From: Candidatus Micrarchaeota archaeon
GTDB lineage: Archaea > Micrarchaeota > Micrarchaeia > Micrarchaeales > Micrarchaeaceae
NCBI GenBank assembly: GCA_028866575.1
Contig: JAGWHU010000001.1
Coordinates: 197-64,196, forward strand
Direction: 5' to 3'
Length of the DNA stretch: 64,000 bases
A model generated the notes under the pieces. That model was given only the letters and a program-made list of their open reading frames with translations. It did not search any database and was not told the DNA's origin. Each line of letters starts with the position of its first letter. Within the stretch, counting starts at the first letter, position 1. A program made the translations under genes and the position numbers. Positions 57,383 through 64,000 of this stretch are shown one piece after another.

Positions 57383-57721
57383 TCAGCTTGGAGTGGCCGG
57401 CGAGCCGCTTTGTTGGGCTGGTTTTCTGAGCATGTGCCTCACCATTTTCGTCGTCTGGAGTGCCAGCTCGGCCTCTTCTAATCTACCCTTTTTCATGGCT
57501 TTTGAAACAATATTCGAGCCTATTCCGTTGAGGGCCTTTTCATCTGCCAAATCCGTAATTCCTGATTGGCTCAACTGCCTCAATTTCATGAATGCCCCGT
57601 TGGCGTTCCCCCTGCTTATCTCCTCGCCTATCCAGCTCCTGAAGAGCCAGTCGCTCCTACTAGTGCCGGGCCTATAAGACTTCTGTTTCTTCGTCATGCA
57701 TACCCCCTGATTATATTGCAA
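57383..57721 (-). CDS. hypothetical protein (112 aa)
   Basis: ORF only. Confidence 0.3.
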   Translation of the reverse strand: MQYNQGVCMTKKQKSYRPGTSRSDWLFRSWIGEEISRGNANGAFMKLRQLSQSGITDLADEKALNGIGSNIVSKAMKKGRLEEAELALQTTKMVRHMLRKPAQQSGSPATPS

Positions 57722-57745
57722 TGCAATTCTTTTTAAATTTGTAGG

Positions 57746-58975
57746 TCATCTTGTTAGCCAGTCGTCCTGCTTCCATACTGTTGCAAGGGCATAGATGGAT
57801 GCCAGGAACATTATCAATGAGGTTATCCCCCCGAGCGCCATGGTCTTAAGCCTTGATTTTGTTATGAACTTAAGCAGCGTCAACAGAAACACAATCGTGC
57901 CTATGGTGCTGACGATCATTGCTATCCCCATATAAGTGGCGACGCCGCTGCCCATCAGTTTCGTGTTGAGGAACATTAGGTTGCCGATGCTCCCTATGCC
58001 GCTCCCTATGATGTTGGATGCACCGTATTCCATCATTATCTGTATCCTTATTATCCCTGTTACCAAGATCGTTACTGGGAGCAGGTATATGTAGAACATC
58101 TCGAAAGAGTAGAGCGCCCCGTTTTTAAAGAATGCACCATCGGCTATGTCCTTGAGGAAGTATATGTATCCCCCGCGTGCCCACCTCACCATCTGCTTGA
58201 ATAGAGAGCCGAATGTCCTTGGGGCATCAGTTACAACGTTAACCCCGTAATCTATCACAGCCTTGTATCCAAGCTTTCGCATGTGGTTGGTGATGTGCAT
58301 ATCCTCGGCTATTATGCATTTCCTTCCGAGTACCTTGCTTTCAAGGAATTCTTCCGAAGCCATGAAGCCTTTTACCGCGGATGTCCTCAGCAGGCAGCAC
58401 CTGCCGCCGACCACGAATATGTATCCGGAAGATGCCATTGCCTTGAAGATGACATCCTTGGCCCGCTGGAAAAACTCTGCAGAATAGGAAACCCAGCCAT
58501 CCGGCTTTATCGATATCCTCGTGCCAACCCCGCCTATCCCGTCGTCCATCTTTGAAAGCATGCTTTTTAGGGCATTAGGGGGTATTATGGTGTCGCTGTC
58601 CACGAGCAGCACGTATTTAGTATCTACGTGCTTCATGGCTGCGGCATGGGCTGCCCTCTGCCCGGAATGTTTTTTCAGGAAGATGAAGCTGCCGCCGTTG
58701 CCGGTTGTTATCTTACGATAGGGCTCGTTGGAGGAATCTCCAACTACGATGAATTTCGAGCCTTGAAGTTTTATTGCTTCGATGCACTGCTTAAAAGTTT
58801 CAGGATCCTCCTCGTATACCGGCACTATAACAGTGGCATCGGAAACATCCGCATCTGTAGATGGGGCCCTTATTTCTTCGCTGTAGCTCAATGCCATATA
58901 TGAGTTGATGGAGTAGTAAAGGAACGATGCGAGTGCTATCACGAGCGTGACCACGGCAAAATAATACCCGAGCAT
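57746..58975 (-). CDS. membrane-embedded family-2 glycosyltransferase, processive type (QxxRW motif)
   Basis: 409 aa. N-terminal TM. GT-A DxD motifs (VIVPVYEED…, LLVDSDT). QMVRWARG (Q-x-x-R-W). C-terminal multi-TM domain. Confidence 0.65.
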   Translation of the reverse strand: MLGYYFAVVTLVIALASFLYYSINSYMALSYSEEIRAPSTDADVSDATVIVPVYEEDPETFKQCIEAIKLQGSKFIVVGDSSNEPYRKITTGNGGSFIFLKKHSGQRAAHAAAMKHVDTKYVLLVDSDTIIPPNALKSMLSKMDDGIGGVGTRISIKPDGWVSYSAEFFQRAKDVIFKAMASSGYIFVVGGRCCLLRTSAVKGFMASEEFLESKVLGRKCIIAEDMHITNHMRKLGYKAVIDYGVNVVTDAPRTFGSLFKQMVRWARGGYIYFLKDIADGAFFKNGALYSFEMFYIYLLPVTILVTGIIRIQIMMEYGASNIIGSGIGSIGNLMFLNTKLMGSGVATYMGIAMIVSTIGTIVFLLTLLKFITKSRLKTMALGGITSLIMFLASIYALATVWKQDDWLTR

Positions 58976-59046
58976 TAGATCCTCGTCTTGTGCTTAAAGT
59001 ATTGCGGCTTAGTTAATTAAATCTTTCTGGACCGAGCATCAGGTAT

Positions 59047-59442
59047 TCAGCGCACATTGTTTTTTGCAAGCACTTCCATATTTTTAACGCTGGTTTGCAA
59101 CGATAACGTCTCGAAGCCGTAGTCCGGCTTGTGGTGCGCCTGCATTACCCTCAGCTGCTCCTTGTCCGATATGTACAGTATAGCTTCGGAAAGCGCGGCA
59201 ATGTCCCCTTTTAGCAATCCGTACGGGTATTTGCTCTGCGTGGCACCCAGTACCATGCATTGCGTATTTTCCACTTTGCTTATCCCATACCTGACGGACA
59301 TGTTGCGCGTTTTGAATACGCCCGAGCCTTCATCAGGCTTGTTGCTCTTTTTATGGATTACGTACTTGTCCCCAAATACATATACAGTTTCCTTTGTCTT
59401 GCTTTTGTATACCTTCTCCATGCACCCACCATTCTCACCCAA
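59047..59442 (-). CDS. hypothetical protein (131 aa)
   Basis: ORF only. Confidence 0.35.
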   Translation of the reverse strand: MGENGGCMEKVYKSKTKETVYVFGDKYVIHKKSNKPDEGSGVFKTRNMSVRYGISKVENTQCMVLGATQSKYPYGLLKGDIAALSEAILYISDKEQLRVMQAHHKPDYGFETLSLQTSVKNMEVLAKNNVR

Positions 59443-59601
59443 TTCAGTAATATTTTCCGTGTATTGTATTTAGGCTTTTCTGTTTTGATTCGGTTTCGCG
59501 ACTTCATTATGGCCAGTCATGCCATTTACTGCAGCGTTTTATTATGTCATTAGCGGAAGTGAGGCGCGTGGGAGCTGATTCTTTAGGAAAAAATCCGTTT
59601 A

Positions 59602-59674
59602 TGCGGGCACCGGGATTTGAACCCGGGTTGCAGCCTTGGGAAGGCCGCGTCCTACCAGGCTAGACTATACCCGC
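59602..59674 (-). tRNA. tRNA-Gly (anticodon CCC)
   Basis: 73 nt. Acceptor GCGGGTA/TGCCCGC. Anticodon arm CGGCC-TTCCCAA-GGCTG. T-arm CCGGG-TTCAAAT-CCCGG. Confidence 0.75.
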
Positions 59675-59739
59675 AATTTAAATAGTATTATAGGAAGCAG
59701 GTTTTGCGGCACTGTGCATAGTTCCCGCATAGAACATGG

Positions 59740-60537
59740 TCACCTTATGTATGATGGCCTACCTTCACTCTCGCTGCCCCTTTCCATAGGATACTGCTGT
59801 ACGTTTCCGACCTGCTTCTCGAGCTCGGTTATGGCCTTGGCAGTCCTTTCTATTATCTTGTCGAGCTCGGAAGTGTTGACCTTCAGATTGAGTTTCTTTG
59901 ACAGCTGTATGATTACGGCCTTGGCCGCACTTGCGTCCACATTGAGAAGGCTGGTTTCCCCCATGAGGCATATAGCATCAGTCTTTGTCATCTTCGCGAA
60001 TGCGATTATCATTCCTGCGGATCCCCATATCATGCCCTTTGACTTCCCAAAGACCACGTCGGTATCCTTGAATTGTCCTATCACTTTTTTATCCGTTGCG
60101 TTGCCGAATACCCTTGGATTTATCCCCATCCCGCTGCCTATGTTGTATCCCCCTATGGTGTATATGAACCTGCCGCCGAGCCGCTCCTTGAAAAACTCGA
60201 CTATCTTGGAGTTTACCTCATACTGCCCTTCAGGAGTAACGGCCTGCGCATCCCCCGTAAGTATTACTATGTCGCTTTCTGACTGCTTCTTCGCCTTTAT
60301 TAGGTAGAACCTGTTGTTCACCAGCCTTATTCCGCCGTTTTTAAGCATGACTACCTGGTGCGGAAAATGTGGCGAGTACAGCGTTGCGAATTTTTTTGCG
60401 CCGAACTCCCTTCTCAGGTGCTCGGCTACGAGCTTGCCCACGTTGCCTATGCCCGGAAGCCCGACTACAAGCACTGGCCTGTTCGGCTTGATTCCTTTTT
60501 TCATCTTTATTATGGTCTTGTCCAGCATGTCAGGCAC
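59740..60537 (-). CDS. PAC2-family protein (second paralog)
   Basis: 265 aa. PVLVVGLPGIGNVGKLVAEHL signature. Sits in the conserved position downstream of aIF2-alpha. Confidence 0.7.
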   Translation of the reverse strand: MPDMLDKTIIKMKKGIKPNRPVLVVGLPGIGNVGKLVAEHLRREFGAKKFATLYSPHFPHQVVMLKNGGIRLVNNRFYLIKAKKQSESDIVILTGDAQAVTPEGQYEVNSKIVEFFKERLGGRFIYTIGGYNIGSGMGINPRVFGNATDKKVIGQFKDTDVVFGKSKGMIWGSAGMIIAFAKMTKTDAICLMGETSLLNVDASAAKAVIIQLSKKLNLKVNTSELDKIIERTAKAITELEKQVGNVQQYPMERGSESEGRPSYIR

Positions 60538-61315
60538 TTATGGTAGATAGTATATCCTCGTTAGCCTTCTTTAGCTTTTCTTTTTCCATTTCGAATACCC
60601 CGTTCAGCAGCTTGCTTTTTATGAGCTCTTCTACCTTCTTTATCTTTTCTTCTGCTGTAGAATAGTTGTCACCCTCGGCCATGAGCCTGTATTTCGGGGC
60701 GCCTATGTATTTCACGCTCACATCCATACCTTTCACCAGCCCCATTATGCCCTTGAGCTCTGTCGCCCCCGAAAGCGTGTTGAACGTGTATATCGTAGCT
60801 ATATATGACACAAGGTACTTTTTTTGCTTTTTGTTTGATTCGAGCACTTTCAGTACCGATTCCTTGAGCTTTTTTGGCAGTTTTGACTGGTTGAACTCCT
60901 TTGTGTTGTCTGTCGCGTTCTGGACCAGATTGGTATAAGTCCCGAATTCTGAAATGGCTGTTTTTATCAGTTCGTCCTTGTTTTGGACCTCCTTTGCCAC
61001 CTTTATTGCTTGCATGAAAAGCGTCGACAATCTGCGCTCAAGATTATACGACCTTATCTTTTCCTTTGAATGTCCGGGTGAGACCCTTTTCAGGGATATG
61101 TCTATGGTGCCTTTTTCCCTGTCGTAAAATGTAACGGTGCATACTAGCTTCTGGCCTTCGTGTATGTGCTCCCTTATATTCTTGATCCATCCGGATGATA
61201 TCTCCCTTATTGGCAGGAATACCTCTAGGTCGTTGTACTCCGGAAGCCTGCAATAAGCCCCGAACTTGCTTATCTTAGTTACGTTGGCTATTACAAGCTC
61301 CCCAACCTTAGGGAT
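60530..61315 (-). CDS. eif2a: translation initiation factor aIF2 alpha subunit; no canonical start codon found
   Basis: Continuous minus-strand frame from just after TAA 61357-61355. N-terminal S1 domain …PKVGELVIANVTKISKFGAYCRLPEYNDLEVFLPIREISSGWIKNIREH…. C-terminal …VSVKYIGAPKYRLMAEG…. No ATG/GTG/TTG in frame before the TTG at ~61030. Best candidate start is ATC at 61315-61313 (M/I-PKVGELV). Confidence 0.65.
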   Translation of the reverse strand: MPKVGELVIANVTKISKFGAYCRLPEYNDLEVFLPIREISSGWIKNIREHIHEGQKLVCTVTFYDREKGTIDISLKRVSPGHSKEKIRSYNLERRLSTLFMQAIKVAKEVQNKDELIKTAISEFGTYTNLVQNATDNTKEFNQSKLPKKLKESVLKVLESNKKQKKYLVSYIATIYTFNTLSGATELKGIMGLVKGMDVSVKYIGAPKYRLMAEGDNYSTAEEKIKKVEELIKSKLLNGVFEMEKEKLKKANEDILSTISA

Positions 61316-61343
61316 ATTTTGATGATCCAGAGAATCACGGCTG

Positions 61344-61637
61344 CTATTGCAGCTTTATTTCTATTTTCTTCTTCGTCCTCGAACCGAATGTCCTGTCTAC
61401 CTTGTATTTGCACACCTTGCACTCGAGAAGCACCTTCTGCCGCTTCCCTAGCTTTTTGGGATGTATCTTTGGCTCTACACTTCCAACATAACCCCTTATG
61501 GCCCTGTTGTGCCTCCTTGTGGCCTTGCTTAAGGTGCGCTGCGGCCCTTTAGATGGCATTCTTATGGTATGAAGAGTATGCTTGTTGCATTTGGGGCAGT
61601 ATGTGTTTATTGTTTTGGTTATCTTCGTATAATCCAC
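61344..61637 (-). CDS. rpl44e: ribosomal protein L44e
   Basis: 97 aa. …NTYCPKCNKHTLH… and C-terminal CKVCKYK zinc ribbon. Confidence 0.7.
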   Translation of the reverse strand: MDYTKITKTINTYCPKCNKHTLHTIRMPSKGPQRTLSKATRRHNRAIRGYVGSVEPKIHPKKLGKRQKVLLECKVCKYKVDRTFGSRTKKKIEIKLQ

Positions 61638-62153
61638 CTAGATTTTCTCACATATTGTATTTTCTATTAAATATTTTATATCCTGCTCGTTTTCGGTGTT
61701 TACGATCTGGTCCTTTGCGAGGGGGCCTATCTTGTTTCCTGATGGTAATATTATTTCCGGTATGTCCTTGATTGATTTGAGTTCGGATACGATGTGCTTC
61801 TCTTGTATCGTAAAATCAAGCCTTTCCGATTTTACTGTTTGCAGCAGCCTGTTATAGAATTCTGTTTCGTTACTACTTATAGGTTGCGGTAATTGTTTGT
61901 TATAGGCAACATAAATAAGTATTTTTTGTTTGCGCTTCTCGAAGAAGTCATTCAGAAGTTTAATTGAAATTTCCTTCGTGTAGGTGCTGCCGGAATCATA
62001 GTTTATGTCATTTATGAATTTTATGGAATCTTCGTAGAATGTTTTCGGCACCAATAACAACTGGTTGGTCTGTTTTTCTTTCTGGAATGCCTGCCAAAGA
62101 TAATCATATGTTACGTTGTCACTCATCATAGCACCTACACACCACAATTCCAC
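61638..62153 (-). CDS. GINS subunit (Gins51/Sld5-like)
   Basis: 171 aa. N-terminal …YDYLWQAFQKEKQTNQLLLVPKTFYED… matches archaeal GINS N-termini. AT-rich gene. Confidence 0.45.
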   Translation of the reverse strand: MELWCVGAMMSDNVTYDYLWQAFQKEKQTNQLLLVPKTFYEDSIKFINDINYDSGSTYTKEISIKLLNDFFEKRKQKILIYVAYNKQLPQPISSNETEFYNRLLQTVKSERLDFTIQEKHIVSELKSIKDIPEIILPSGNKIGPLAKDQIVNTENEQDIKYLIENTICEKI

Positions 62154-62257
62154 TATTCGTGGTGTTTTATATATTATATGATATTTATTAAAAGAACATT
62201 AAAATTTTATTATACCCAAAACCGGAAAGAAATATTACCGGAAGTGTAAGGTCATAA

Positions 62258-62332
62258 TAGCGAGGAATGGATTTGAACCATTGATCTCCGGGTTATGAGC
62301 CCGGCGGGCACTCCAGACTACCCTACCTCGCT
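62258..62332 (-). tRNA. initiator tRNA-Met (anticodon CAU)
   Basis: A1:U72 pair. Acceptor AGCGAGG/CCTCGCT. Three G:C pairs in anticodon stem CCGGG-CTCATAA-CCCGG. T-arm AATGG-TTCAAAT-CCATT. Confidence 0.7.
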
Positions 62333-62422
62333 AACATATAATATAAGAAACAACCCTTATTTAGGTTTTCCTATACAACAATTAACAAATAACACAAAAC
62401 ATCAAAAAACCAAAGTGAGTTT

Positions 62423-63160
62423 ATGATAAAAACAGCCATAATCATAGCAGGCGGGGAAAGCACCAGGCTAAAGCCGCTAACCGACGAAAAGCCGAAGACA
62501 ATGATACCTGTCAACGGCAAACCCATACTCTATTGGATAATAAAATGGCTGAAGCACCACAAGATAAGACATATCGTCCTCGGCGTCGGGTACAAAAAGG
62601 AAAAAATATACGAATTCATGGAAGAAAACCGCAACTTCAAAATGGAAGTTGATTTCAGCGAAGACAAAATAAGCGGTGGTGGAACAGCACATGCCTTCAG
62701 ATGCGCAATCGGGGATTATATACATGAGGGCAATTTCATAGGCATGAACTCAGACGAGCTCACCAACATGAACCTTTCAAGGCTCATCAAGAAGCATGAG
62801 AGGTACAAGCCACTGGTTACAATGGCGCTTTCTCCATTCTACTGCAGATTCAGTGTAGTTAAGCTGCAGAAGGGGCTGAAGATAACTGATTTTGAATATG
62901 GTGAAAAATTATGGTCCGTGCCTGTTAGTATGGGCGTTTACGCCTTGAATAGGGGGATACTCGAATCGCTTCCCGAAAAAGGGTCGATAGAGGACAGCCT
63001 TTTCACACATCTTGCAACGAATAAGGGCAAAATAATAGGGGACATGTTAAACCGCAACGAAACCTGGGTCAGCGTCAACACACAGAAAGACATAAAAGAA
63101 GCTGATGCGTTCATAAAGTCGCTTTACCTGGAAAAGGCAACAAAAACACGCAAAAAATAA
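62423..63160 (+). CDS. sugar-phosphate nucleotidyltransferase (NTP-transferase domain)
   Basis: 245 aa. N-terminal AIIIAGGESTRLKPLT…KPKTMIPV signature. Confidence 0.7.
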   Translation: MIKTAIIIAGGESTRLKPLTDEKPKTMIPVNGKPILYWIIKWLKHHKIRHIVLGVGYKKEKIYEFMEENRNFKMEVDFSEDKISGGGTAHAFRCAIGDYIHEGNFIGMNSDELTNMNLSRLIKKHERYKPLVTMALSPFYCRFSVVKLQKGLKITDFEYGEKLWSVPVSMGVYALNRGILESLPEKGSIEDSLFTHLATNKGKIIGDMLNRNETWVSVNTQKDIKEADAFIKSLYLEKATKTRKK

Positions 63161-63213
63161 GATACCATTATAAATTTGTAAGTACTAATGATGAAAATAC
63201 TATTTGTTCAGGG

Positions 63214-63786
63214 TTGACGCAAATGAGCATGTATAAGCAGTTAAAGCAAACAATGGAATCCGAATATAAGAACAGGTCAGACGAATACAAGACGCGCATA
63301 ATAAAATGGAATGCAGAGTCTTCGATAACGCGCGTGGATAAGCCGACCAACATCGCTAGAGCAAGGGAGCTAGGTTACAAGGCAAAGGAGGGTGTCATAA
63401 TAGTGAGGGTGAAGCTTAAGGGCGGATCTAAAAAGAGAAAGCACGCGGCAGGTGGAAGAAAGCCATCAAAAAGCGGAAGGTATTTCACCAAATCCAAGTC
63501 GCTCCAGGCAATAGCAGAGGAGCGCGCGGCAAGGAAGTTCACTAATTTTGAGCCACTCAATTCATATTTCGTAGGGGCCGCAGGCTCAAGGAGGTTCTAC
63601 GAGGTTATACTGCTCAACAAAGGCGACAGAACAATAATTTCCGACCCGCAATACAGGAACGTTGCAAGGCAAAACGGGAGGGCATACAGGGGCCTGACAT
63701 CCTCAGGGAAGAGGCACAGGGGGATAATAAGGAAGCGTTTCGGATCGCACAAGTTGAGGCCTAGCCAGAACAGGTTCAAGATTTGA
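63214..63786 (+). CDS. rpl15e: ribosomal protein L15e
   Basis: 190 aa. …ARARELGYKAKEGVIIVRVKLKGG… and basic C-terminus typical of L15e. Confidence 0.7.
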   Translation: MTQMSMYKQLKQTMESEYKNRSDEYKTRIIKWNAESSITRVDKPTNIARARELGYKAKEGVIIVRVKLKGGSKKRKHAAGGRKPSKSGRYFTKSKSLQAIAEERAARKFTNFEPLNSYFVGAAGSRRFYEVILLNKGDRTIISDPQYRNVARQNGRAYRGLTSSGKRHRGIIRKRFGSHKLRPSQNRFKI

Positions 63787-63903
63787 TGCTCAAAATCCCA
63801 AATATAACTTGCAAAACTGGTAAAAAGAATAACATATATATACCTTGAATGCGTAATATTATCTATTCGTTTTGAAGCACTAAAATGCCCAGGTGTCGTC
63901 AAC

Positions 63904-64000
63904 ATGAAATCCAACAAACCCAAAAACCCTAAAAATAAAACTAAAAAAAATATTTCAAAATCTACTAGCAAAAAGTCAAGGCCTTCCAGAGAATCAAAGC
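63904..64000 (+). CDS. partial ORF (5' end) of a Lys-rich basic protein, truncated by the window edge
   Basis: ATG at 63904 followed by MKSNKPKNPKNKTKKNISKSTSKKSRPSRESK…. No stop before the window end. Confidence 0.25.
   Translation, partial: MKSNKPKNPKNKTKKNISKSTSKKSRPSRESK

Noticed and set aside
61044-61253. 69-aa ORF 61044-61253 (-)
   Set aside because: It is out of frame with and fully inside the aIF2-alpha S1-domain coding region, which continues uninterrupted through this stretch.
1-64000. CRISPR arrays, cas genes, prophage or integrase signatures
   Set aside because: No regularly spaced direct repeats, no Cas-like ORFs and no integrase/capsid/terminase-like products were recognisable. 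The only mobile signatures are the IS remnant and the sufB intein.

Overview
This 64-kb window reads as a gene-dense archaeal chromosome (about 90% coding, many 1–10 bp gene overlaps, TATA-like promoters close to start codons). Archaeal markers include group II chaperonin (thermosome), r-proteins L34e, L14e, L44e and L15e, aIF2-alpha, RadA, GINS, aTrm56, archaeal AdkA/Cmk, diphthine synthase and the tRNA-splicing endonuclease EndA. The gyrB–gyrA pair and a complex-I Q-module (nuoABCD) give it a euryarchaeal-type repertoire. Codon usage (AGG/AGA Arg, ATA Ile) and about 47–50% GC in genes resemble Thermoplasmata-like acidophile lineages. I cannot pin the lineage from sequence alone.

Recognisable content, in order:
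- a degraded IS-like transposase remnant and an AT-rich islet next to an intron-containing tRNA-Leu;
- an intein-interrupted sufB inside a suf operon (sufB-intein, sufD, a small HTH/Cys regulator, sufC, sufS, sufU);
- proline dehydrogenase and an aldehyde dehydrogenase;
- a carbamate kinase, UppP, the ilvA–ridA pair, surface glycoproteins and glycosyltransferases;
- thermosome;
- the conserved adk–DUF106(YidC-like)–L34e–cmk–L14e block;
- an orphan Mre11, nuoABCD followed by prefoldin, DtdA, an Lhr helicase, aTrm56 and gyrBA;
- a tight radical-SAM / P-loop / VKOR-like / HD gene string;
- EndA, Dph5, RadA, LplA, a processive GT2, and the L44e–aIF2alpha–PAC2 block;
- GINS, initiator tRNA and L15e.

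Six tRNAs are present. Three carry introns: tRNA-Trp at the canonical position, tRNA-Leu apparently in the D-loop, and tRNA-Lys in the T-loop. The nearby EndA is unusually long (390 aa), with what looks like three structural units. This pairing of non-canonical introns with a possibly broad-specificity splicing endonuclease is the most striking system-level signal in the window.

Other items worth a second look:
- the sufB intein with a LAGLIDADG homing endonuclease;
- a perfect palindrome overlapping the suf promoter, plus a Cys-containing HTH gene embedded in the operon;
- an aIF2alpha ORF with no ATG/GTG/TTG start, and no S27e or Nop10 in their usual places;
- a surface protein carrying a recent 71-bp intragenic DNA duplication;
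- two paralogous small membrane proteins;
- a small protein built from a tandem peptide repeat.

I found no CRISPR array and no clear prophage.
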